Assembly (NCBI GenBank): GCA_037379345.1
Contig: CM074518.1
Location: forward strand, 26,412,001-26,476,000
From: Perna viridis
Taxonomy: Eukaryota
Direction of reading: 5' to 3'
DNA: 64,000 bases
Shown: in pieces, positions 26,902-39,180 of the stretch
Position numbering within the stretch: the stretch's first letter is position 1
Layout: the number at the start of each line of letters is the position of its first letter
The notes under the pieces: generated by a model
The model's input: the letters and a program-made list of their open reading frames with translations, nothing else
Told to the model about the DNA's origin: nothing
Database searches by the model: none
Program-made: the position numbers and the translations under genes

Positions 26902-26921
26902 GTTAAACATATTTAGACGTT

Positions 26922-26958
<37 letters not shown>

Positions 26959-26965
<7 letters not shown>

Positions 26966-27354
26966 TCTGAAAAATTCCCAACGATGTTAGAACTGTCAAA
27001 TGTGCGATGCAGATTTTTGGTCGTTTTCTCCGCGGGACTCGAACTCGTACCGCTGTGACATCTATGGCAACACCGCCTTCACAAAGTCCAGCGCCCTAGA
27101 CGACTCGGCTAGCTAGGCTATATAAAATATAGCTTTCGCTGGCCGAGTCATTCCTCCTCGTAGGATTAATCTAGGGCTGTAACTTAGTACACGATGTATG
27201 GTGGTACGGGACAGTTCATTTAGATGTTAATATGTAGGATAGAGGATCAAATTAACACAGCAGTACGAGTTCGAGTCCCGCGGAGGGAACGACCAAAAAA
27301 TTGCATCGCAAATTTGACAGTTCTAACATCGTTGGGAATTTTTCAGACCTTTCT
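26959..27354. repeat. Inverted repeat with arms of about 99 bp around a tRNA-derived (SINE-like) head
   Basis: Arms at 26959-27057 and 27256-27354. The minus strand carries an A-box-like TAGCCGAGTCGT and a B-box-like GAGTTCGAGTC. Flanked by (GA)n and (TA)n. Confidence 0.85.
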
Positions 27355-27461
27355 ATACGTTTAAATATCTTCCCTGTATCAATTTGATCCGATGGAGCAG
27401 TGTAGCAAATAGAGTCGTCACATTCTGAGACATTGTGTATATATATATATATATATATATA

Positions 27462-28070
27462 TCATATCACAACTCATATGTTATGCCAGAGCTTGCCGTA
27501 ACTACACAGACTTTTTGAATCACGCTAGACTTCTTACAATTATATTTCTGGAACAGGGTTATGTTGCTGCAAGATTGAAGTCATCACTGGTACTACAGGA
27601 GTTTTATGGTCGTCCGCATCATGAACTCGTGGATCGTTCACTGAGTACGGTGTATCCATCAGGACCATGGCGGAAAACTGATTTGTTCAACGTGTCATAG
27701 TTTTCCTTTCCTCTTTCGTCTACCACGTACTTGACTTTTATGAGCAACTAGGTGGGTGTTTATAGAAAAACAGAGGACGGTAACCCTACTGGTGCACCTG
27801 GTCCACCGCATGCTCCCAGTTTTTAGTGGAGTCTGAGATGCTCATTTACTTTTGTTACTTTATATGAATTATTTTAGTTACTCAGTGTAATTAAAAATAG
27901 ACATTGGCCTCCGGCGAAACAAATAAAAATCGGAGGGGCTAATTTTAATCAGACGGTTTAGTTACTTTATGCTCTTTGTTTTGTGTGTCTGTTTTCCATT
28001 TCTGGTCTTTGTCCCTGGATTACATTCTTTTGATTTCCGCTGGAATTTTAATTCGCTTGATTACTCTTTC
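27462..28070 (+). mobile_element. 5'-truncated Penelope-like (Naiad-type) RT C-terminus plus 3' UTR
   Basis: ISQL..YARAC..DFL..ARLLT..LEQGY..ARLKSSL..FYGR.HELVDR remnant, followed by the family 3' stem-loop. Confidence 0.8.
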
Positions 28071-28934
28071 TACAGTACTCAAATCAGTTAATTTATTAAC
28101 AAAAAAGTGCCCCGAACAAGTTTACAAATGCAAACAAGTTTGGTTATATAGTGTATTTGAATATCACTTATTTTCTTTCGGTTTGAGCAGGGACTTAATA
28201 TTACAATGCTGGTTGCTTCAAAAGTCTTTTATATTTTTTCCTGCATAGGTTGATGGATATCAGTGCATATGATTGTTTTTTTTTTGTTTTTTGTTTTTTG
28301 TTTATTCACATTACAGGGACCCCAACGAATGTGTGTCATTTGTCCCTTGTCTTTTAATTCGTTTATACTATAGCAATATTTTTTTCTGAATTTTCTGTAT
28401 TTCTATATACATATATTTTTAATATGATGATTTGTTTTAGGGGGATTTGGATGAGAATAAAGGAAATACAAATATACAGTTAGGAGAGTTCCTTTTAAAA
28501 CTCAGGGGAAGCTGAAAATTAACTTTGATTCAATAACAATAACTTTAGATCCTCGGTTGAAAAAAAAAGTAGTTTACTGGCCAAAATGATTTTATGACAG
28601 CATTACCCAAGTACGTTTGGAGACGAGAGGGGGAGGGGGGTTAAGAGCATTAAGACGTGCGTCTGAAGTAATTCAGCACGCGCTGTACATGCATATTTAT
28701 TTTTTCGTGATCGATTTCACATGCCGATTGAAAACACATGCAAACACCATAAATGGTATTTAGATGTTCTTACCGTGGACCATTGAACTGTTTGATCCAC
28801 CGTTTACATATGTAAGCGGTAATGAGTTCCGTAAAACTATGGATTGAAAAAAAACTGTATTTGTTATACATGTAGTTGGTTCTGGCTGTTATACGTTGGT
28901 ATTGTAATGATCATCATATTTATTAATAGAACTG

Positions 28935-29640
28935 AATGTCGAGGTATCAACTGCCAGTGGTAAGTGGAGTACTACAAGGTTCTGTACTGGGTCCTTCGCT
29001 TTTCCTAATATTCATCAAAGATCTACCAGCAGCTTCTTCTATGAACCAGAAAATTTGCTGATGACTGATTCCTCTACAGACAAATATGTTGGAAAGAAGA
29101 TGTGGCAACCTCTCTTCAGCACCTGCGTATGGAGTTTTCATATCACAGCTCATACATTATACCAGACCTTGCCGTAACGGTGCAGACTTGTTGTAACGCG
29201 CTAGACTTCCTACAGGTAGGCTTCTGGAACAAGTATGTTGCTATAAGATAAGAGTCATCACTACAGAAGTTTTATGATCGTGATCACGAACTCGTGGATC
29301 ATTACGGTGTATCAGTCTGTACCATGAAGGCTGATTTTTCGACGTGTCATAGTTTTCCTTTCCTCTTTTGTCTTCCCCAGACTTGACTTTTTATGAGCAA
29401 CTCGGCTATTGTTTCTAGAAAAGCAGGGGACGCTTACCATACTGGTGCACCTGGCCCACAGCCCCAGTTTTTTTATGGCGTCCGATTTGCTCATTAATTT
29501 TCGTTACTTTGTATTTTTTTTGGTTATTTTATGTTCTTTGTAGTGCATGTCTGTTTTCCATGTCTAGTCTTTGTCCCTGGATTACATTTATTTGATTTTT
29601 GCTAGAATCTTGCCCCCCCCCCCTTGATTATTCTTGTAAG
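28935..29640 (+). mobile_element. LINE RT scrap (LPVVSGVLQGSVLGPSLFLIFIKDLP) joined to a Penelope-like 3' fragment
   Basis: GVxQGSVLGPxLFLxxINDLP-like motif at about 28950-29030, then GNLSSAPAYGVFISQLI and the family 3' UTR. Confidence 0.75.
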
Positions 29641-30633
29641 AGTTAAAGTTCTTGATTTAGATGATTTATATAGGAGATGATTGTCTTGTTTTCTAAAACA
29701 AATTAGACATTTACGTAAAAACAAAATAGCGTACGAAGACGATAAAACAGCATTTCAACGATATGTTTTTCTGTACCATTAATCATTTCCTCATTTGCAG
29801 TCATAAAACGAATCGGTAATGAAAATGTTTCTACTTAAAAAAAAAAACCTTAGTTTTTAATTTGTAGGCAGCGCCACAATTACTAAGGAATATTTGTTGA
29901 TGTGGTGTACATAGCTATACCAGTTTATGTCCTACTCCAGCAGTACTAGAAATTGTCTGACAAGCTATTTTCTGACTTGGTGCCATCTTAACTTTAAATG
30001 GAGGAACCTCCGTTGTATGAGTAGTTTATGTCCATAAGATCAAGCAGAAACCCACACTTTGACTAAGTTTATTTTTGAAAATAATAGCTTAGCTTTATGA
30101 TCGTTGCTAATAACTTTCAGAGGTATGTTGCTGCTACTTTTCTTAGAAAACTTAATTTGTAATTATTTTCATTTACTTGTATATATATTATATTTTTTGC
30201 TGAATACATAAAATAGTTGTTAATGCAAATGCATTGCCCGATCGAGCTACAGTTAAAAAGTGCTAATCTTTATGTTTGTTTGAGTGTTCCGTTTCCAATC
30301 ATATAAAAACAAAAAGATATACAAACATAAATCGAAATTAATTTGACCATTTCTCATCGTAAAATGTTTTACTCTGCGATCCAGAAAGGCTGTTTGGTAA
30401 TGTGACTAAGTATGACAGTTATCCACCTGAACATGCTGTCAGCAGAAACTATGCAAAGTTACTCCAAATTATAAAGATGGAATGTTTATTGTATACATGT
30501 AAACACATTATCACAAATGGCACTGGTTATAACAATTATCAACTGAATTCATATATAAAAAAAATGAAGAAATCACGATTTTCTGTTGTCCTTAAAAGTA
30601 AATAGTGTAAAAATAAAAAAATATCTTTTTTTT

Positions 30634-32738
30634 CTAGAAATTAACTCCCCTCATTTGCCAAGATGCCATTTCCCCATAATGGCCGACTTTAGTATTTTTG
30701 TTGTATTTGATCGACACAAGAGGTGTATTTTCCGGTAGAAACACCGATGGTTCGAGTCCTTCATCGTCACCCCATAAACATGGCGGCAATGCAATGTACC
30801 CTTTCTCGTCGTATTTGTTTTCTTTCACATTTCCACGACCGTAAATCGGTACTTGTCTGCATAGCAACTCCATTTCGTGTCCGGTATCATTTCTGTATAG
30901 TTCCATTGAAATGCAAGCTGGCGCGTGACAATGACCTCCAGCGTAAATCAATCTCATGTTTGAAACGGTCCATTTATATACGATCGAATGCACGCAGTTG
31001 CAGTCATCTCCGTTTGGACAATTTCCGGTGCACTTGGTCCCTGGGGTAGGTTTGTTTAAAGGCCAGTTTGGATATCCAGGAATTGGTTTCCCCGGTAGAG
31101 CAAAGGCTGGTGGAATGTCATATTCTCCAGCCCATGCCTCTGTTTGATAGTAAATTCTTGGAAGGTCGTGATGAGATACTTTAGGACCATCAACTTTGTA
31201 TTCCTGGAACCAGAAACGGAACTTCATGTGGTAGCGTAAAAGTTCCGGACGAATAAGCTGATTAGCATCCAACATGATTCGCTTGTGTTTACAACAACGA
31301 AGCCCACCACTGTATTGGATGGAATTGCATGTTGGATTATGTTGTGTCAAAAGTTCACCTGCAGGACCAGGGACACAGTTTTTAACAAAGTTATCACAGC
31401 CGGTACCATCAGTTTGGCACAGCATACCAGCTTTGCCAACATCACAAAGACAATTTGGTTCTTTTTCCGAAAGCAAAGCAATAACACCTTGATCATGAGC
31501 TTTGTGGTATGCAAAAACTTGCGATGAACCGACGGCTGCAATGAGTTTGAGCTGCGAATCCTTTGTTCCATCAAAAGTAAAATATTTCTTTGACATTCCT
31601 GTCAATGACCGTGTTAAAACAATGGTCCGATGACCATCAACCACAGAGTTTGAAACAAGAGTGACACTCTTTGCAAGCGCGTCGCCAGGGCAATGTTCAG
31701 CCTCACTTCCACATGTGCCAATCTGCCTCTCGAATACGCCTGTTGAATTCATGATAAGTGCATAGGGTGAGTCCGCCATATGAGTGGCGTTAAAACCAAG
31801 TCCAAACCAAGCGTCAGGTGGTCCGGTTGCCGTTATTTTAACCATGCTACCAATCTCGATCTTGATGGTAACTCCTATGCTGAATGTATGACTGCCCATT
31901 CGTGTATTGGAAGTAGAACATTGTTTTGTACTGTGGAATTTATTGAAAGTAGCAATCCACTTACCATCTAGGCTTTTTTGAACAGTGCAACCCATTGGCA
32001 CATCATTTGAAGGTGAACTCAGTGTATCATTTTTCGCTACAGTAATTCCTGTTTGCGCCACGGCAGAAAAACACGTATTTGCATCAGTGGGAACTGTTTT
32101 ACATGAAGGTTGTGTTATGAAACCATAGTAATGTTGTGTGTACTTTGTTTTTGTACCCTGTCCATAAATCATCGGATCACCACCATAGCGGCTATTGCAT
32201 GGACATTCAAGCAAACCAGAATAAACTGCACCATCTTTTGGAATACCTAGACCATATCTGGCTTGCAGAGGTTCATCTCCAGGGACAAATTCTGTGCAGT
32301 TGTGTACGTCATCACGAGTGGCACCACAGTCTCGGTTTCGTGTGTCTATTTGCATAGGCGTAATATGCCATTTGTCTGGTGAGTCAATTAACTGAGCAAA
32401 TCCGGAGGGGTATCCATGAAAACTTTTCCTCGATTCCCCGCCGTTACCTTCACTAAACATTTGACTCGTTGGAACATTTTTGTACTGACGATCCTTGGCA
32501 GATGGTAGATCAACAGCCACCCATTTCATCGGGGACCCATGTGCACTAACATCATTAGGGTCAGGGTTTGGTACTTTCACCAATTTTGAGTGATTTCCGG
32601 TCATCCATGCCATGTAATGGTGGTTGTAGGCCCAGTTGATCGGAACTGATACGTCCATCTCCGGATTAACTCCTGGTTTACCTGGTGGATACACCATCAC
32701 TTGATCCTGTTCGTAACCAGTTATTGCCATGACCTTTC
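30634..32738 (-). CDS. Large terminal exon (700 aa) of the SURNod19/DOMON-like gene
   Basis: 698-aa ORF in the track; acceptor ttttag|GAAAGGTCATG. Confidence 0.93.
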
Positions 32739-35700
32739 CTAAAACAGAATTGCATTCGGTTATACTTAATTATTCGATGTCAACACCACAAAATATAGTA
32801 ATTTAGCTCTAAAATTTGTTCTTAGATTATTTACGTTGGCAAGACAAAAGGTTTAAGAGAATATAAATTTTTTTAGTAGTAAATAAGTATCGTATGTCCG
32901 TTTAACGTTACTCGAATTGTACATGTAACATAAAGTCCAAAGGTTTTGACAGTAAAATGTGTATAAAGTGATACACTTCAATATATCAAAGATCAACTGA
33001 CATACCAGAAAATCTGTCAATGATTTCTTTTGGAAGTGGGTTGTTGCCCTGATCAGTCCAGAACACTTCACCATAATGAGTGGCAAGTTCTGGAGAGTAA
33101 ACATCAAAGTACTCATGACCTTTGCTCTTGTAGTCGTCATTAAAAGGCACTGCTTGTTTCCCGCCACTGGCCACAAAGTAACGGCCATTCATGTTACCGC
33201 CTCCAGCTTGTCCTAATCGTGAGGAGGGCACTTCTGGCTTCCCGCCATTGGACACCAAGAATCGATCATTCAGACCCCCGTTTTGAACTTGATCTACAAA
33301 TGATTTGAAAGATTAAGAAATATAAGAGTAATGGTTATCGCATCATTTTATTCTTGAATACAGGAAGCATAATTATGAACTAGCCTACTACCAGTGCGCG
33401 TATAGTTCATCTAAGTAATATATGTACGAGGTAGAGTGCAATCATAATATCCGGGATCAAGCAATTGGAAAACAGGTACAGTATATTTTTAGACTGTACG
33501 TTGTAGATAAATACCAATAAAGCAAGTAGAAGAACGTTAAGTCGATGCATGAACAACATATGCAGAGCTATGCATACCTTACCAGCTATTCTATATATGA
33601 ATGGCACGGCAATGAAGCACGTGATATATTATCAATTTGAGACCTTGAAACTCGTATGTCTAGCTCGACGGTCGCACTATTTGTTTAGACAGCACTTCTT
33701 AATCTAGGGTAACAGCCAGGATAAGATATCATTTTTTTATGTTGAGCGGGGTTAAAGGTTGGATCATCTTGACGAGTAGGAAATTTCAAAATTAAACATT
33801 ACATTCAAATGACAGGAAAACACGGTTCTAGTTAAACTAAGTACTAAATAAAGACTTATAACGTAGATGTAAGGCTCGGTGATTATACAGCCAATAGCAA
33901 GTGGGTTTTGACATCCTCTTTCTTAAGAGCGAAACAAGTCTAGTACTTTTCTATTTAAGAATCAGGTAAAATGTGTATAAGGTGAAGAACGAAAAGAAAA
34001 TAAACGCAGGAATTGAATTGCATTATCCAAGTATGTATATGCCATAACTTCAGGGAATAAATATCTAAGAATTTGTAAAGTTTGCCCTTTTAAGGTATTG
34101 ATAGGTCAAATCTAGTTGAAATGCAGTCTTTTGAAAAATAGCGGGAAAGGTTTTCTCACTTTTCCGTATATAAGCAGTAAAAATATTCATGTTACAGATG
34201 CTTGCGGATAAAATAATTAAGCTTTTCGGTTGTTTTCTAGATGTATTTAATATATTTTAGGCAATAAAGACCAAATTGAGAAAAATGATGTGCTATACAT
34301 TACCTGATTTTTACAAACAATGGTACTTAAATGCATGAAATTGTTTAAATTAAAATTAGTTACTATAATTAGTTAGTATCTAACTCAAGGGAACATTTTT
34401 CCAAATAACCAGCTTCCCAACACCCTCTTTATAGTATAGTATACATACACGTATGTGTGTTTGCACTTAAATCCATGACAAGGTCTATATTCAAGCAAGA
34501 CATAAAAACGAAATACGTGTACGTGCCAACAACTTACTGTAACCTCTAAATGTCATTTCAAGTTTCTAATACTCCATCCGGTATCTTTATCGTCGGCCCA
34601 ACCTACCTACCTCTCCCTATTTCCAGTGGCAATCAAAAATTTTTATACCCCAGGGGCTGCTCTGGCTTCCAAAATTCTGTCGGCAGAAAAATCGCCAGCT
34701 GCCATTTTTTGTCGCCAGTTTTCAGAAATTAAAGCCAAAGGGTGCCAAAAAAATTATACTTTAAAAAAAAAAGACAGTATTAAGTTCACTGGTGAATTAT
34801 CTTTGTCAATTCTCCATTCATGACATACATGTACCCAAGATTCACTCTTGATGCATGTATAAAGCAGGTTTTTAGCTCTAGTCTGTCACTTTCATATGTG
34901 TAAAATATTAAGTACTACTCCAGAAACAGGTATTTTACTTCCATCAAAGACTATATTACTATTCTCATACAGTCCCTGATTTTAAAACATGCATGTTCAC
35001 CTAAGTTGTCCTTTATGGTCTAATTTACCTAATACAATATAATTTACTTTTTTATTATCCCATTATCTTTGTGTCCCATTCCAGTTTTCATTTCATCATC
35101 AATTCATGTTCATCTTATCATGCATTTCATGTTCATCGCCTATATACATATATATAGCTGAAATAGTGTTGCTCGGGCGTTAAACCCCAACTATCAATCA
35201 ATCTTCATTGGCCAAGAAAATACTATATGAGATGCTTTACTCAACCTTCTCATCTTACCCAATTTCAATGTTGGAGTAAGACAATATATAATGTATGTTT
35301 ATATTACATATAAACTTACTTTGTACGTGTACATTTGGAAGAGCATTGTTACTTCCACTCAGCACTGCCCACAGGAGCGTGAATACTCCTGAAAATAGAT
35401 TAACATACAAATTATTTTAAATAATTCATTTTAAATTAATGTCTTTATTCATAGATAATAGATGAAATTTCGCGCTGTTTTTGATCGTATTCGATGTTTG
35501 TAATACCCATCTTCCTATCAATATGTAAACTACAGATTTCGCGAAAAATTGTTGGCTCAGTCAGTACTAACACAGTTTCAGCGATATTTGTTTCAGGGTC
35601 AGCGATAATTAGTCAGGACCAGAAATATTTGCTCAGAACCAGTGATTTTTGTTTCAGGGCCAGCAATATTTGTTCTGGGCCAGCTAGTAATATTTGTTCT

Positions 35701-36505
35701 GTTTTTAATAAAATGAAAAAAAGTTAGTCCAAATTTCATGCAGTTGTGTTAAAATAATATTATTGTACATGTTTATTTTTGGTTTCTTTTATTTTGGTTG
35801 TATTGTTTGTTCTACCGTTTCGAAAAAGATCTTTTTGTCCAGCTTTTATGGGTACCAATATACAAAATGTAAGTTACACGTGTTTTGTCCGATATACAGC
35901 CCAGGAAAACGATAATATAAATAATATATATCGTCGTCTTTTCAATCATATGATAAATTTGGGAGTCCCTACCACTTTTAGGACAGTTGACGGTCATCGC
36001 TATCTTTTAAAATTAAAATCAAAGCGTAAGCGGAAAACAATCAGCACAATGTATGTGTTTTTTTACATACATTGTAAATGTATATATATTTTAAACTGGG
36101 GAGTTTAAATATAAAAATGTTGTAAATACTTTGGGAAACTTTCCCTTACTGTGTCTGAAATAACTAAGAAGTTAATCTGTAGAAAGGAGAAAGGAATCAA
36201 AATAAGTGGTTATATGTAAATCGTGTATATTTTTATTTACAAATATGTAATCTTTGTACAATGTACTTAAATTTATATTCTGGACCAATAAAAGTAATCT
36301 TGTGCACGTAGGCATACTCAACGACACAGAGGAACTCACGAAGTGTTACGTGTATATACATCAGGATACATTATAATTATTCAACTGTACATTGATTTTT
36401 GTAAAATCAGCCATGCATGGCTATTTCTCGTATAATTGTTTCTCGTATCCTGATAAAACATGAGAATTTACCATATCTAAGTCGAAGAGAGATTAGTTTA
36501 GCCAT
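30634..36505 (-). CDS. Secreted protein of about 831 aa: SURNod19-like / type II copper monooxygenase-like scaffold with an internal DOMON domain
   Basis: Exons 36472-36505 (MAKLISLRLRY), 35320-35388 (VFTLLWAVLSGSNNALPNVHVQ, signal peptide), 33006-33293 and 30634-32738; all junctions are phase-1 GT-AG. Motifs: YNHH, GNGGESRK, QIDTR, GGHCH, LLCRQVPIYGRG...EKGYIALPPC, GHYGEM. DOMON signature WFGLGFN..HM.DS...RTIVLTR...AYH. Confidence 0.88.
33006..33293 (-). CDS. Exon 3 of the SURNod19/DOMON-like gene
   Basis: Matches ORF 32986..33258 (EYFDVYSPELATHYGEVFW...PLPKEIIDRFS); tttgtag acceptor and gtatg donor. Confidence 0.9.
35045..35202 (+). mobile_element. SINE 3' end, same family as 54590-55092
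   Basis: attatc.ttgtgtcccat...atagctgaaata...ggcgttaaac...tatcaatcaatc tail. Confidence 0.65.
35320..35388 (-). CDS. Exon 2 (signal-peptide h/c region)
   Basis: ttttcag|GAGTATTC...CAAA|gtaagt; phases 1/1. Confidence 0.75.
36472..36505 (-). CDS. Exon 1 (start codon and basic n-region)
   Basis: ATGGCTAAA...TATG|gtaaat; phase 1. Confidence 0.65.
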
Positions 36506-37180
36506 GAACAAAACAAAATATTACCGATATAATATATATAAACATTAAAAATATAAACATTAGTGCAACATTTATTACGTAATAAATTACACGCTCTATC
36601 AAGGAAAAAATCACCAAGAAACTAAAGTTCCTACCTTTAAGGCCTACCATCATCGAAGTTATAGATAAAAACATCGCTACAGAGGTATTTTATAAACAAG
36701 ATACGTCCTTGATCTTCTTTATCTTGTAGAGTTCACGTTACGTTAACATTTTGTTCTAAATTTCTTTGTTTTACAGGTCGAATACACTACATAAAAATGA
36801 CACTTGTTTACAAACATCACGTGACCACAAACACATGACTTCTTTTAAAGAGCGGAAATGTCAGATGTGTTCCGATTGAGCTAAAAGAAGGAAAGAAAGA
36901 AAATGTAAAAAATCTTTTATTTAGGACACCAATAATGTCTGAAAAATGAAAGCAATATAGTATAATAGTTCACTATAGCATAGATGAACGTATCTTATTA
37001 ACAAGTGTTGGCTTTTTAAAACTCTTATACAGTCCACCACATTATATATTCGTTGGATTAGAAATGAAGTTTTTGAAATAAATAAGTTATGTTGATTATT
37101 AAAGTTTGTTATCTGAGCTCTAGTTTGGTAAAGTTTTGCCTACCATTGTATGAATGAAATACCTAACATTTTATCCATAT

Positions 37181-38260
37181 GGCAAGCCAAAATGGACGAA
37201 AATCAGTATTTTGTAATATTAGAAATTTTGTTATTATTATTATTACAAAATCATTCCTTCAATATTTGAAAAACACCTTTTAATATTACAAATCCATTCT
37301 GTAATATTAAAAAATAATTTTCTAATATCACAAATTCCTGATTTGGTTATATTATAAAATATCACACATTTTGTATTTTACAAATTGGATTTGCAATATT
37401 TGAAATGAATTTGTAATATTAGAAAATGAATTTGTAATATTAGAAAATGAATTTGTAATATTAGAAAATGAATTTATGATATTAACAAATCTCTTTGATA
37501 TATTGCAAAATTTGTCACATATTTTAATATTACAAAACGGTTTTCTGATAAGAAAAATCGTAATTGAATACAAAAAAATCCATTTGTTAATATTAGAAAA
37601 TCAATTTCTTATATAAAAACATGTTTTGTAATATTAAAAATAAAAAAAAACACATTTTGTAATATTAGAAAACATTTTTTATTTGATATTTGATACAAAA
37701 TCATTTTTAATGTCAAGAAATAAAAAAAATCATTTTGTTATATTAAAAAAAATTAGTATTTGATTACGTTGACCCTTATGATTTTATGAAGCTTTGTCAT
37801 TTACATATCGTCCAATGCTAAGTCACTACAATAAACTCTTGAGGGCCGGAATGTAAATACGCTAACGCAGGAATGAGACTAGTAGAATAACCGCTGATAT
37901 CTTCTTTTGTGTATTGATCTTGCTTAAGTATTTATATGACTTTATTGTATTAATTACTTCTACTTATATTTTCTGTTTGTCTGCATGATATGTTTATATA
38001 ATTGTTTGTATTGTCATTACATCTCTTGTAAGAGGAACTAAAGTTGAATATATATAAATATAAGAAAATCAATTTCTAATTTTTTTTTAAATACTAGAAA
38101 TTCGATGTAATTTTTGATATTAAAAACAATCTTTCAATATTAAAAAAGGTTTTTATAGTATTAGAAATCAGATTTGTTATAATAAAAAATGAACATGTAA
38201 TATTAAAAAAAAATAATTTTTAATATTTGAAAACGCCCATTTTTGTTCACATGGCTTGCC
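37181..38260. mobile_element. TIR-bounded element filled with a degenerate 21-bp AT-rich tandem repeat
   Basis: Ends ggcaagcca / tggcttgcc; internal unit ttgtaatattagaaaatgaat with perfect copies at about 37410-37475. Confidence 0.6.
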
Positions 38261-38634
38261 GCATTTTCTGATGGTTGCAGCGAGAATTTAACACCCTCCT
38301 TACGTAAGTGATAACCATCTTATATATGAATGATTACATCAGATGTTGATATTTATTGCTAATATCGCTAATATTGAACATTGCAAATAACAAAGACATT
38401 AGAATCCTAATTATTTTGTCTTTCACTAGTGAATTGATATTGTACGATTTTGTGTTGAGTTTTTGTTTTTAATATTTTTTTTTGGTTTTTTTTTTTTGTT
38501 GTTGACAACTCATGATTGGACTAATATTATCAATGAACTGCTTCGCCTCTTCGATCAATAAGATACTATGCAGTTTTCTTGTTACAAATATCTGTATAGA
38601 AGTAAAATAGGAAAAAAATAAGTTAAGTAGTTTA

Positions 38635-39180
38635 TTGAATTCTTTCTTGTATAAACTAAAGTATAATGGAACTGAAAGCTTTATATGGATGAATCATATT
38701 GAATGTATGTTTAATGAAACTTGCATGAGATGTGTGTTTTTAAATCAAGATGGCCAGTTTGACTTCAATCATGTAACTAAAATTGTACAAGATCAATTTA
38801 TACAAAAGTGGTTTAGTGACATAAGTAATTCTTCAAGAGGACACATTTATGGAAGATGGCTTAATGTACCAAGACAAAAAAGATTGTGTTCTTTATGTAA
38901 AGATGGAATTGGGGATGACTATCATATTTTATTTATATGCAATAATAGTCTAGAAACAGAATTAGGAGCAAACTTAATCCCAACTATTTTATAACTACTG
39001 TCATACTGACCTTAACAAAAAACTAGCTCTTTTTATAAGAAAAATCAGTCATACAATTATTTTGATATGTGCATTGTTTGTCTGTTCTTTCTGTCATGTA
39101 TAATTTGTATATATGTTTGACCTCATGTTAGACACATTATTTGTTCTGAGCGTTATCAATAAAGTTTACAAGTTAACAAG
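38635..39180 (+). mobile_element. Decayed non-LTR retrotransposon (LINE) ORF2 3' end
   Basis: GRWLNVPRQKRLCSLCKDGIGDDYHILFIC CCHC-type C-terminus, followed by aataaa. Confidence 0.75.

Noticed and set aside
27030-27117. Functional tRNA gene
   Set aside because: A and B boxes are present, but there is no proper acceptor stem and the middle is over-long; treated as SINE-derived.
30723-32357. Several plus-strand and alternative-frame ORFs
   Set aside because: Shadows of the 698-aa coding exon.
33407-33607. GTAAG donor near 33580 as the upstream exon of the DOMON/Cu gene
   Set aside because: No in-frame ATG before a stop; exons at 35320 and 36472 give a proper signal peptide. It could still be a non-coding alternative first exon.
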